Assembly (NCBI RefSeq): GCF_001465295.1 | Contig: NZ_CP011035.1 | Span: 60,001 to 92,000, forward strand | Origin: Pseudoalteromonas translucida KMM 520 | Lineage (GTDB): Bacteria > Pseudomonadota > Gammaproteobacteria > Enterobacterales > Alteromonadaceae | Direction: 5' to 3' | Length of the DNA: 32,000 nucleotides | Shown: in pieces, positions 18,059-26,778 of the stretch | How the letters are laid out: each line of letters opens with the position of its first letter | How positions within the stretch are numbered: position 1 is the first letter of the stretch | Translations under genes and position numbers: made by a program | Notes under the pieces: generated by a model | The model's database searches: none | Seen by the model: only the letters and a program-made list of their open reading frames with translations | Told to the model about the DNA's origin: nothing

Positions 18059-18078
18059 AGTTCATAGTCAGCAATTAA
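17790..18078 (+). ncRNA. Putative omega RNA (right-end guide RNA) scaffold plus flanking guide; boundaries inferred
   Basis: Dense GC stem-loops in an otherwise AT-rich genome:
- ggcgg-taaca-ccgcc (17846-17860)
- cagggga...tcccttg enclosing catc-aact-gatg (17893-17931)
- gtgc-tcac-gcac (17933-17944)
- ccgtc-atc-gacgg (17961-17973)
- perfect 9-bp stem gacgccagt-gtt-actggcgtc (18009-18029)
- terminal CTCG...CGAG palindrome (18037-18057)
The position, overlapping the tnpB 3' end and running to the right end, matches known omega RNAs. Confidence 0.45.
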
Positions 18079-18620
18079 GAACAGCAATGTTAAAAGGCGA
18101 AAGTATTTTACAGCTGCAAATAGGGCAGCTACGCCACGATGCACAAACAGATCCTCTAACAGGGCTTCATAATCGCAGAAGCTTAAAAGTATGGCTTGAT
18201 AAATTAATTCAAGAACAAACGTTATTTACCATTTTAGAAATAGACATCGACTTTTTTAAACGCGTAAATGACACATATGGCCATGACAAAGGCGATGAAA
18301 CACTCAAAGCATTAACCGTGCTTATTCAAAGTATTGCTCGCAAAGACGATATTGTTGCGCGCATTGGCGGCGAAGAGTTTATACTTGTGATACCTAATCA
18401 AAACAGTGAAGGTGCATTTTAAATAGCTGAAAGGCTGCGCCTTGTTGTTGAGTCGTCGCATATAGATACAGTTGGTTATATAACCATATCAATAGGTATT
18501 GCTAGTTACCCAGAGCACGGCACTAATATTGAGCAAGTATTTAAAAAAGCCGATAACGCACTTTACTATGCAAAAGAGCATGGTCGTAACCGTAGCGTTA
18601 TTGCTAATTTAATAGAGTAA
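18051..18620 (+). pseudogene. 3' fragment of a diguanylate cyclase gene (GGDEF domain, frameshifted)
   Basis: The frame opens right after the element: ...QLRHDAQTDPLTGLHNRRSL..DIDFFKRVNDTYGHDKGDETL..RIGGEEFILV. It stops at 18420-18422. The +1 frame continues IAERLRLVVESS..ISIGIASYPEHG..ADNALYYAKEHGRNR to the TAA at 18618-18620. Removing one T from the attttaaa run would restore GAFKIAERLR. Confidence 0.75.
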
Positions 18621-18682
18621 CTGAAAGGCCCTTAACTAATCTAAACAAGGTTTAATATTTTAAAATTATTTAAATAATGAAC

Positions 18683-18710
18683 TTGACACAAATTAAAACT
18701 TCTATATAGT
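18683..18710 (+). promoter_or_regulatory. Sigma-70 promoter of cspA with a long 5' UTR
   Basis: TTGACA (18683-18688), 16-nt spacer, TATAGT (18705-18710). This predicts a leader of about 150 nt before the ATG at 18871, as in cold-shock cspA mRNAs. Confidence 0.5.
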
Positions 18711-18870
18711 AAGCCGCAGCTAGAAAGAAAGCATGTAATCTATAAATCTCCATTTCGATGTTGTATAAGTAATACTTGTAGTACCGTCCTGAAGTTTTTA
18801 AAGTACCATCTCATTTTTTGCTACACCCGCTCATATGAGCATATTTTTATTTTTATATCAGGATATTACA

Positions 18871-19080
18871 ATGTCAAACATCGTATCAGGTACAGTTAAG
18901 TGGTTTAACGAGTCTAAAGGTTTTGGTTTCATCGAGCAAGAAAACGGCCCAGACGTTTTCGCACATTTCTCAGCAATCAAAAGCGAAGGTTTCAAAACTT
19001 TAGCTGAAGGCCAACGTGTAGAGTTCACTCTTTCACAAGGTCAAAAAGGTCCACAAGCTGATAACATCACAGCTGTATAA
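18871..19080 (+). CDS. cspA: Cold-shock protein, CspA family
   Basis: 69 aa from the internal ATG: [23 protein letters not shown]...DVFAHFSAI, containing the RNP1 and RNP2 motifs. The longer track ORF start at 18835 was rejected. Confidence 0.9.
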   Translation: MSNIVSGTVKWFNESKGFGFIEQENGPDVFAHFSAIKSEGFKTLAEGQRVEFTLSQGQKGPQADNITAV

Positions 19081-19105
19081 TTTTACTTTTTAAGTAAAAT
19101 GAAAA

Positions 19106-19128
19106 AAAGCGCTTAAGGCGCTTTTTTT
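19106..19128 (+). terminator. Rho-independent terminator of cspA
   Basis: agcgc-ttaag-gcgct followed by T7. Confidence 0.75.
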
Positions 19129-19246
19129 GTGCCTAAAATTTGGTATTCCTCGGTAACTTCCCCTTTAGTATTGTATTTCAATGCATTAAATTTAACTGCC
19201 AAACTCCGTATCGATTTTGTGAATGCAATTTTATATAAAAGGTGTC

Positions 19247-19295
19247 AGGCTCCAAGCTTTAGGCTTTAGGCTTTAGGCTCTAGGTTTCAGGCTTT
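19247..19295. repeat. Heptanucleotide microsatellite (AGGCTTT)n, 7 units
   Basis: aggctcc aagcttt aggcttt aggcttt aggctct aggtttc aggcttt, read directly from the sequence. Confidence 0.8.
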
Positions 19296-19963
19296 ATATC
19301 TCGGGAACAATTTGCGAAGCTCAATGTGTATAGCTTTAGCCGTAAATGCAAAAAGGGCTGCGAAAGTAGGCGGGAGTTTACCTCGCGCTTTTTGCTGTGT
19401 TTTTGATGCTGGGTATAAACTTACCCTGGGCGAGTAGCTTGTTGCCTGCCGCACGCTCGTAGTACGAAAAACGTATTTGTAAAAGGTGATAAGATCACAA
19501 AGTAGTGATTTAAACCCTATAGATTAGATACCAGTATGAGGTAAAAACAGGTTTTATATTTCAGGTTTATATTTAAGGTTTTAGGCGTCAAGTGTTTGAT
19601 GCAAGCTCAATAAAGTAACTAAGCAAACTCAATGTTTAGCTTTGGCTGTAAATACGAAAAGGGACAGCACTCAGGCTTGAGCTGCCTGCCAGTTAACTAT
19701 CAATTATCAACTTCTTAATTATTAGCGAGCAGTTATAATCCCACCCAAGTTAATGGTTATGGAAGCCACAGGGAGTTTACCTCGCACGCTTTTTACTGCT
19801 TTATATTGCGCTTATGGCAGGGGACTGGTGTTGATCTGTGGTGAATACCATTTTAGTGTTTAAAGGTGGTGGTTGGCAGGTGGTTCTTTATTTTATTATA
19901 TGATTCAAAGGTTAGCCTTTAAGCTCATTATAAACCTATTTATAAGCCTATTTATAAGCCCAA

Positions 19964-19988
19964 ACGATAAAAGGGCCTTGCGGCCCTT
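19964..19988 (-). terminator. Probable terminator of nupC
   Basis: On the minus strand: gggcc-gcaa-ggccc followed by ttttatcgttt, about 90 nt after the nupC stop. Confidence 0.5.
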
Positions 19989-20076
19989 GATGAAGTATCG
20001 TTCAAGTCAGATAGAGCTTTAACCCCTTAAAGCACTATCTTATTGTTTTGCAACAGTGGTTCATCTCATTAAGTTT

Positions 20077-21300
20077 CTAAGCTAGCGAGAGGAAAAATCC
20101 AGCAATTGCGGCGCTCATAAGGTTAGCCATAGATCCTGCTAACACTGCTCTGAGCCCTAAGCGAGCGATATCCTTTCGCCGACTAGGCGCCATACCGCCT
20201 AATCCACCTAGTAAAATGGCTATCGATGATAAGTTAGCAAAGCCACACAGTGCAAAAGTAACAATTGCTTGTGTGTGCGCACTTAACGTATCGCGATAAT
20301 TTATAAAGTCTAAGTAAGCAACAAATTCATTCACTACTAACTTTTGACCAATAAAGCTACCGGCTAGTATTGCTTCATTCCATGGCACACCAAGTAACCA
20401 TGCAACAGGCGCAAATACATAACCTAAAATTTCTTGCAGCGTTAATGTCGGGTAGTCAAACCAGCCGCCAATACCGCCTAATAAACCGTTCAACAATGCA
20501 ATTAATGCTACAAAAGCAAGTAGCATTGCACCTACGTTTAGTGCCAAGTGCATACCACTTGCAGCACCCGATGCAGCTGCATCAATAACGTTAACGGGCT
20601 TTTCATCATCTAAATCTAAGTCAGCTAAATTGTCTTTAGGCGTTTCGGTTTCTGGCACAATCATTTTGGCCATTAAAAAGCCGCCAGGAGCCGCCATAAA
20701 GCTAGCTGCTATTAAATACTTAAGGTCAATACCAATAATTACGTAACCGGCCATAACAGAGCCTGCTACCGTTGCTAAACCACCTACCATTACGGCAAAT
20801 AATTCCGATTTGGTCATAGTGGCAATAAAAGGTTTAACAATTAACGGCGCTTCTGTTTGACCAACAAAAATATTAGCAGTGGCCGATAGCGATTCAGTAC
20901 GTGAGGTTTTTAACAGCTTTTGCAAGCCGCCACCTAAAATCTTAATAACCCACGCCATAATGCCTAAATGATATAACACGGCCACTAACGCAGAGAAAAA
21001 CACAATTACCGGCAGTACTTGAATAGCAAAAATAAACCCTAATGTATCTTGCGATGCTAAAGGTCCAAACAAAAAGCTTATACCGTCGTTAGCAAAACCA
21101 ATAACCGATGAAACAGCGGAAGATACACTTGCTAATGCATTTTTACCTGCATCAAAAAATAATACAAAACCACCAATAATTACTTGCATCGCAAATGCGA
21201 TACCTACCGTTCTAAGCTTTATAGCTTTGCGATTAGTTGACGCCGCAAATGCAATAGCTAGCAGCACAAACATGCCAACTACGCTCATAAAAGTTGTCAT
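20077..21300 (-). CDS. nupC: NupC/NupG family concentrative nucleoside transporter
   Basis: 407-aa polytopic membrane ORF with CNT-family conserved blocks ([19 protein letters not shown]). Adjacent to udk and deoBD. Confidence 0.85.
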   Translation of the reverse strand: MTTFMSVVGMFVLLAIAFAASTNRKAIKLRTVGIAFAMQVIIGGFVLFFDAGKNALASVSSAVSSVIGFANDGISFLFGPLASQDTLGFIFAIQVLPVIVFFSALVAVLYHLGIMAWVIKILGGGLQKLLKTSRTESLSATANIFVGQTEAPLIVKPFIATMTKSELFAVMVGGLATVAGSVMAGYVIIGIDLKYLIAASFMAAPGGFLMAKMIVPETETPKDNLADLDLDDEKPVNVIDAAASGAASGMHLALNVGAMLLAFVALIALLNGLLGGIGGWFDYPTLTLQEILGYVFAPVAWLLGVPWNEAILAGSFIGQKLVVNEFVAYLDFINYRDTLSAHTQAIVTFALCGFANLSSIAILLGGLGGMAPSRRKDIARLGLRAVLAGSMANLMSAAIAGFFLSLA

Positions 21301-21317
21301 ACAAATGTTTCCCGTTA

Positions 21318-21965
21318 CTATTCTTGAAGAATATGTTTGATTTTACTTTTTATTATATCAATCGCAACGCGATTCATGCCGCCTCGAGTGACAACTAGAT
21401 CTGCATTATGCTTTGACGGTTCTATAAATTGATAAAACATCGGTCTAACAGTTGCTTGGTATTGTTCAACAACAGATTGTAATGTTCTGCCCCTTTGCTC
21501 CATATCGCGTTGCATTCTACGCATTAAGCAAATGTCTAAGGGAGTGTCTATAAACACCTTAATATCAAATTCTTTATTAAGCGCTTTATCGCTAAGTAGT
21601 AAAATACCTTCTACGATTAATATTTTAGCTGCAGTTACATACCGCGTTGTTTCGCTGCGAGTATGTTGTGCATAATCATAAATAGGTACTTCTACAGCGT
21701 GGCCGTTACGAAGTTGTGTTAAATGCTCATGCATTAACTTATATTCAAATGCATCAGGATGGTCGTAGTTAGTTTGCGTACGATGTGCAAACGGTAAATG
21801 CGACTGATCCTTGTAATAAGCATCTTCTTCGATAATGGCGATAGCGCCTGGTTCAAGTTCATTAACCAATTCATTGTAAATTGTTTGGCTAAAAAGAGAT
21901 TTGCCCGACGCTGATGCGCCAGCAATGGCTATAATAGTTCGTGTCACTAAAGTTCTCACCCACAC
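21318..21965 (-). CDS. udk: Uridine/cytidine kinase
   Basis: P-loop [12 protein letters not shown] and a conserved DHPDAF block, about 210 aa. The start is a GTG (21965 or a nearby in-frame GTG). Confidence 0.9.
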   Translation of the reverse strand: MWVRTLVTRTIIAIAGASASGKSLFSQTIYNELVNELEPGAIAIIEEDAYYKDQSHLPFAHRTQTNYDHPDAFEYKLMHEHLTQLRNGHAVEVPIYDYAQHTRSETTRYVTAAKILIVEGILLLSDKALNKEFDIKVFIDTPLDICLMRRMQRDMEQRGRTLQSVVEQYQATVRPMFYQFIEPSKHNADLVVTRGGMNRVAIDIIKSKIKHILQE

Positions 21966-22138
21966 AGGAAGATATATTGTTGGTAGATCACAATAGCAAA
22001 AAAGACACGATTAATCTCTTTTGCTTCGCTTAAGGACGTAAATTTATAATGTTTAGGTTATATGAAACAGGACTTATGTCCTGTGCGTAAAAATCGAAGA
22101 GCAGATAAAGTAACCATATTGAATAACGGGAGGTCACA

Positions 22139-23356
22139 ATGGCAAGAGCAATTATCCTAATGGCAGACAGTTTAGGTATTGGCGCAGCACCAGATGCAGA
22201 TAAGTTTGGTGATATTGGCGCAAATACTTTAGCACATCTGCTAAAAGCATATTATGACGAAACAGGCACAGCATTATCGCTACCAAACTTATCAAAGTTA
22301 GGGTTAATTGATGCCTGCGAAGCGGCCGGTAAAGAGCCTTGTTTAGTGTCAAATCGTTCAACATCGAAAGGTGCATGGGGATACGCTAAAGAGCTTTCGA
22401 GCGGTAAAGATACGCCATCAGGCCATTGGGAAATGGCGGGAGTACCCGTTTTATTTGATTGGGGTTACTTTCCTAAAACTCAGCCAAGCTTCCCACAAGA
22501 ATTTATTGACGAGCTTATTGCTCGCACCGGTATTCCTGGCATATTAGGCAACTGCCATGCATCAGGAACCACTATTTTAGAGCAGCTAGGTGAAGAGCAC
22601 GTTAAAACAGGTAAACCTATCTGTTACACCTCAGCTGACAGCGTGTTTCAAATAGCCGCGCATGAAGAGTCATTCGGCCTAGAAAAGCTTTATCAGGTTT
22701 GCGAAACTGCACGGTCGCTACTTGATGAAATGAATATAGGGCGAGTGATTGCGCGGCCATTTTTGGGTTCAAATAATCAAGATTTTGCCCGCACCAGCAA
22801 TCGCCGTGACTACTCGGTATTACCGCCAGCTCCTACATTGCTAGACGTACTGGCAAAAGACGGTGGCGAAGTAATAAGCATTGGCAAAATTTCAGATATA
22901 TACGCGCATCAAGGTATTACCCAAAAGCATAAAGCACCAGGGTTAATAAACTTGCTGAAAAAAACCAACGAATTAATGCAAAGTGCGCCCGATCACAGCT
23001 TAATATTTACTAACTTGGTCGACTTTGACGAAATGTTTGGTCATCGTCGTAATCCTGTTGGGTATGCAAAAGCGTTAAAAGAGTTTGACGATTACTTGCC
23101 AACTATATTAAACGCACTAAAAGCCGATGATTTACTAATTATTACTGCCGATCATGGCTGCGATCCAACCTTTCCAGGTTCTGAGCACACCCGTGAATAC
23201 GTACCAGTAATTGCTTACCAACCGGGTATGACCGACACCCCACTTGGTGAGCGCAATAGCTTTGCAGACATAGGTCAAACCTTAGCACAATGGTTTAACT
23301 TACCTGCGCTTGAATACGGTGATGGCTTTATAGATAAGCTAACTACATCTAAATAA
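22139..23356 (+). CDS. deoB: Phosphopentomutase
   Basis: 405-aa ORF. The N-terminus [20 protein letters not shown], the SGHWEM block and the TADHGCDP metal-binding block are typical of DeoB. Confidence 0.92.
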   Translation: MARAIILMADSLGIGAAPDADKFGDIGANTLAHLLKAYYDETGTALSLPNLSKLGLIDACEAAGKEPCLVSNRSTSKGAWGYAKELSSGKDTPSGHWEMAGVPVLFDWGYFPKTQPSFPQEFIDELIARTGIPGILGNCHASGTTILEQLGEEHVKTGKPICYTSADSVFQIAAHEESFGLEKLYQVCETARSLLDEMNIGRVIARPFLGSNNQDFARTSNRRDYSVLPPAPTLLDVLAKDGGEVISIGKISDIYAHQGITQKHKAPGLINLLKKTNELMQSAPDHSLIFTNLVDFDEMFGHRRNPVGYAKALKEFDDYLPTILNALKADDLLIITADHGCDPTFPGSEHTREYVPVIAYQPGMTDTPLGERNSFADIGQTLAQWFNLPALEYGDGFIDKLTTSK

Positions 23357-23369
23357 AAAGGAAAGATTA

Positions 23370-24071
23370 ATGAGTACTCCGCATATCAATGCAAACGTAG
23401 GTGATTTCGCCGAAACAGTATTAATGCCAGGCGATCCGCTACGCGCAAAATATATAGCTGAAAACTTTTTAGATGACGCAAAACAAGTAACCAGTGTACG
23501 TAACATGCTTGGCTTTACGGGCACTTACAAAGGTAAGCCTGTAAGCATTATGGGATCGGGTATGGGCATTCCATCAATGTCTTTGTATGCGCGTGAGCTA
23601 ATTGTTACTTTTGGGGTTAAAAACCTGATTCGTATTGGCACGTGTGGCGGTATTGGTAGCGACGTTAAAATACGCGATGTTATTTTTGCACAAGGTGCAT
23701 GCACCGACTCAAACGTAAATCGTGCCCGTGTACGCGGTACAGATTTTGCTGCAATTGCTGACTTTGACCTGCTTTTAAACGGCGTAAATACTGCAAAAGA
23801 TCTTGGTATTAAAGCAAAAGTGGGCAACGTATTTACTACCGATACATTTTATCAAGCCGACGACACTTTTTATAAAGATTTAGATAAATTAGGTGTGCTT
23901 GCAGTTGATATGGAAACAGCCGGTTTATATGGTGTTGCAGCCGAATATGGCGCAAAAGCAATGGCATTATTCACTGTAAGTGATCATGTGATCACTGGCG
24001 AAGCAACTCCAGCAGACGAGCGTCAAAGCACATTTAACGAAATGGTTAAAATTGCCTTAGAGTCTATCTAA
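23370..24071 (+). CDS. deoD: Purine nucleoside phosphorylase (hexameric DeoD type)
   Basis: [34 protein letters not shown] closely resembles the enterobacterial DeoD N-terminus. 233 aa. Starts 13 nt after deoB. Confidence 0.92.
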   Translation: MSTPHINANVGDFAETVLMPGDPLRAKYIAENFLDDAKQVTSVRNMLGFTGTYKGKPVSIMGSGMGIPSMSLYARELIVTFGVKNLIRIGTCGGIGSDVKIRDVIFAQGACTDSNVNRARVRGTDFAAIADFDLLLNGVNTAKDLGIKAKVGNVFTTDTFYQADDTFYKDLDKLGVLAVDMETAGLYGVAAEYGAKAMALFTVSDHVITGEATPADERQSTFNEMVKIALESI

Positions 24072-24160
24072 GTAATTAACTATTTTAGTAAAACAGTTCC
24101 TTGGTAACGTATTCACTAAATTTTGGAGACACGCCCAAAGTGAAGTGAGACTAAACCCCA

Positions 24161-24185
24161 AAGCCGCATTTTTGCGGCTTTTTTT
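24161..24185 (+). terminator. Rho-independent terminator of deoBD
   Basis: aagccgca-ttttt-gcggctt followed by a T run. Confidence 0.75.
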
Positions 24186-24314
24186 ATGCTTAAACTTTAG
24201 CTTTTAACGTGAGTAAGCTCTGCATCTAAAAATTAAGTTTAAACCAGACATCATTTTGCAGCCAAGCAGCTTGCAGGCGTACTACGCTAAAACCTGTTTG
24301 TATACTTTCACCCC

Positions 24315-24596
24315 TTCTGCTCTTTGTGCAAAAACATCTAAGCCCATTTATTCACAAAGAGGGTATGAGACGCTGCGCCTTTAGAGGAATAACAAAGCCA
24401 AGAACAATGTATTTTATGTCTACTTATTTACTCTCATTGTCTTCTCTTTGTGCAAATTGTGTTGGCGGGGCTGTATGTATGCCGCGCACTTTAAATTAAA
24501 TTCTGTTCATAATAAGGTTAGGACGCTGCGCTTTGAGTGGGTGAAAAGAGCTGGGGGTTGTGTGAAAAATAAATATAGCTCTACTCATTTATTCCC
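24315..24596 (+). repeat. Two tandem diverged copies of a ~130-150-nt intergenic repeat (family 2)
   Basis: Each unit runs from ctctttgtgcaaa, through ggt.t.ag.acgctgcgc.tt.agagg/gagtgg, to ttatttactc.cattg / ctactcattta. The 37-mer tcacaaagagggtatgagacgctgcgcctttagagga (24352-24388) recurs inverted at 30681-30717. Confidence 0.5.
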
Positions 24597-24731
24597 TATT
24601 TTTATTCGTAAAATTTGGCAGCTAATTACTCTATAAGTATTTGTTACTTAGTGTTAAGGTTTAAGCTATAAAAACGCATATTTAAAGTCAGTAACCTTAA
24701 TACTTTATAGCCGATAATATAGGAGCTAACT

Positions 24732-25475
24732 ATGTCTAATTGGGTTGATGCAACAGTAAAAACAATTACTTGGTGGACAGACTCGTTATTTAGCATAACG
24801 GTAAATGCCGACGTTGAGCCATTTAAAGCGGGGCAGTTTACTAAGCTATCTATAATGGATGGCGATAAGCGTATTGCACGGGCTTACTCCTACGTTAATG
24901 CCCCCGATGACCCCAATTTAGAGTTTTACCTAATAAACGTAGTTGACGGTTTACTCTCATCGCATTTAGCCAAGCTACAACCAGGCGATAATGTATTAAT
25001 AGAGCGCCGTGCTACAGGCTTTTTTACCCTTGACGAAATACCCGCCAGCGAACAGTTATGGATGCTAAGTACAGGCACCGCTTTGGGGCCGTTTTTATCC
25101 ATGCTACAACAGAGTGAAGTATGGCAAAAGTATCAGCATATAAACCTAGTGCATGGCGTGCGTTTAAATGACGATTTAAGCTATCAGGAGCTTATAAACA
25201 CGCTACTTGAAGCTCATCCTACCCAGTTAAATTACATTCCAGTAGTGAGTCGTGAGCAAGCGGAAGTAGGGCTACATGGACGAATAACGGATATGATTGC
25301 GAATAAGCAATTATTTTCGCACGTTGGGCTAAATGCAACGCCCGAAAACGCACAGTTTATGATTTGTGGTAATCCGCAAATGGTAAAAGACACCACAGAG
25401 TTACTCATAAAGCAAAATTACCAACGCAATCGGCGTAGAACCCCCGGCCACATAACGGTTGAGCAATATTGGTAG
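24732..25475 (+). CDS. fpr: Ferredoxin/flavodoxin-NADP+ reductase
   Basis: 247-aa ORF. MSNWVDATVKTITWWTDSLFSITVNA..FKAGQFTKL and RAYSYVN (FAD-binding RxYS) resemble E. coli Fpr. Ends in the conserved EQYW-type C-terminus. Confidence 0.88.
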   Translation: MSNWVDATVKTITWWTDSLFSITVNADVEPFKAGQFTKLSIMDGDKRIARAYSYVNAPDDPNLEFYLINVVDGLLSSHLAKLQPGDNVLIERRATGFFTLDEIPASEQLWMLSTGTALGPFLSMLQQSEVWQKYQHINLVHGVRLNDDLSYQELINTLLEAHPTQLNYIPVVSREQAEVGLHGRITDMIANKQLFSHVGLNATPENAQFMICGNPQMVKDTTELLIKQNYQRNRRRTPGHITVEQYW

Positions 25476-25689
25476 TTAGGCGTGTTTATTTTGCCCGTTT
25501 GAACGTATAGCCGGGTGTTTGGTTTTTAGGTAAATAAGCACCTATTTAGTGTGGTTACTCCCTTAAATGGGCAATAACCATGCTAAATGCCAAACATGCC
25601 CTAGTACTAAACAGATAATCACTACCCCAAAACCGCAAAATTTGCTATGTTGCGCCCTAACAGTATTTCGTGCTCATTTTAGGAAAACT

Positions 25690-26430
25690 ATGAAACCTTT
25701 ACCTATCGTTTTTGCTTTTATATTTATTGGTGCCGCGGCACTTGTTTACGCAACAGAGCAAGAAACCAACACAACGGCGCAAAGCATTGCAGAGCAAGCT
25801 AAGCCTGTAATTGAAAAAGAGCAGCAAGCTGCCGACGAGTCAAAACAACAAGCTACAGATAGGCTCAATACCCTTGAGCATAAAGAGGCAGTATTAACAA
25901 AACCAGTTGTTGATCCTAACAAAGTAGACGACTCAAAAGTACTTGGCACCGAAACCCCTAAGCCAGTTGAAAAAATTAAAAATAAAGAGGAAAAAGCGGC
26001 TGCTATTGCCAAAGCTGAGCAAGCAGTAACGCAAGCAAAAGAAGCCTTAACTCAAAAACAGCAAACAAAAGCCAAACAATCGCGCGAATCATTAGCTGTG
26101 GTTGAACAATTAGTTAAAGCGTATAACGCCCGTAATATTGAAGAGTTTATTAGGGTTTATGCCGAAGACGTTGAGTTTTATATTTTTCCTAACGAGCTGC
26201 TATTTAAAGGCAAAGAAAAACTAATAGCCCGTTATGGCTTAATGTTTAAAAAGCTAAAATGCATTCATTCATCACCAATTAAACGCATAGTACATGGCGA
26301 TATAGTAATTGATCATGAATTATCAGAAACCTGCTCAGTAGATGAAAACGTAATAGACAAACGCTCAGAGCTTATTTCAAGCTATCAAGTTAAAGATGGT
26401 AAAATAATTCGTGTGTTATTTTTTCGATAA
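25690..26430 (+). CDS. Secreted protein with Lys/Glu/Gln-rich linker and C-terminal NTF2/SnoaL-like domain
   Basis: Internal ATG at 25690 preceded by aggaaaa. Signal peptide MKPLPIVFAFIFIGAAALVYA. Low-complexity coiled region. The last ~110 aa (VEQLVKAYNARNIEEFIRVYAEDVEFY...) resemble NTF2-fold proteins. Confidence 0.55.
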   Translation: MKPLPIVFAFIFIGAAALVYATEQETNTTAQSIAEQAKPVIEKEQQAADESKQQATDRLNTLEHKEAVLTKPVVDPNKVDDSKVLGTETPKPVEKIKNKEEKAAAIAKAEQAVTQAKEALTQKQQTKAKQSRESLAVVEQLVKAYNARNIEEFIRVYAEDVEFYIFPNELLFKGKEKLIARYGLMFKKLKCIHSSPIKRIVHGDIVIDHELSETCSVDENVIDKRSELISSYQVKDGKIIRVLFFR

Positions 26431-26457
26431 CTCACAACTAGGTAAGTAAGTATCAAG

Positions 26458-26778
26458 ATGCAGTTAAACGACGAGAAAAAAATTCGCCTAGAGTATCGGG
26501 TAGAGCCAGGCTGTTTAGGCCCACAAGGGCTAAGCTACATAGAAGATTTTTGTCGCTATGCTAATAAGCATATTAAATCGCCATATTATGCGCAATTTTT
26601 ATTTACCCCTCGTTACGACAAACAAAAAAGTGAACGTCAATACAGCGTAAATAGCCGCAACTTATCGCAAGTTCAGGCCAAGCTGTATTTCGATCACTTT
26701 CAAATAAATATAGAAGAGTTTGAAGAGCAGCTCGACGAGCTGCTCAGTAAAGCAATAGATCTGTACTTTAAACGCTAG
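26458..26778 (+). CDS. Hypothetical small protein (106 aa)
   Basis: Uninterrupted ORF 27 nt after the preceding gene. I recognise no family. Confidence 0.45.
   Translation: MQLNDEKKIRLEYRVEPGCLGPQGLSYIEDFCRYANKHIKSPYYAQFLFTPRYDKQKSERQYSVNSRNLSQVQAKLYFDHFQINIEEFEEQLDELLSKAIDLYFKR

Noticed and set aside
19247-19295. Possible CRISPR array or other spaced-repeat system at the heptamer tract and in the nearby duplicated modules.
   Set aside because: The units are contiguous 7-mers without spacers, so this is a microsatellite. The larger modules are only two diverged copies with irregular spacing. No cas genes occur in the window.
22066-22086. Hairpin acaggac-ttat-gtcctgt in the udk/deoB divergent region, as a possible riboswitch or operator.
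   Set aside because: This is a single short palindrome with no recognisable riboswitch core. It may be a regulator (CytR/DeoR-like) operator, but the sequence alone does not support a call.
24448-24636. 62-aa ORF in the deoD-fpr intergenic region.
   Set aside because: It lies entirely within the tandem family-2 repeat units and has no RBS. Its sequence is explained by the repeat rather than by coding constraint.
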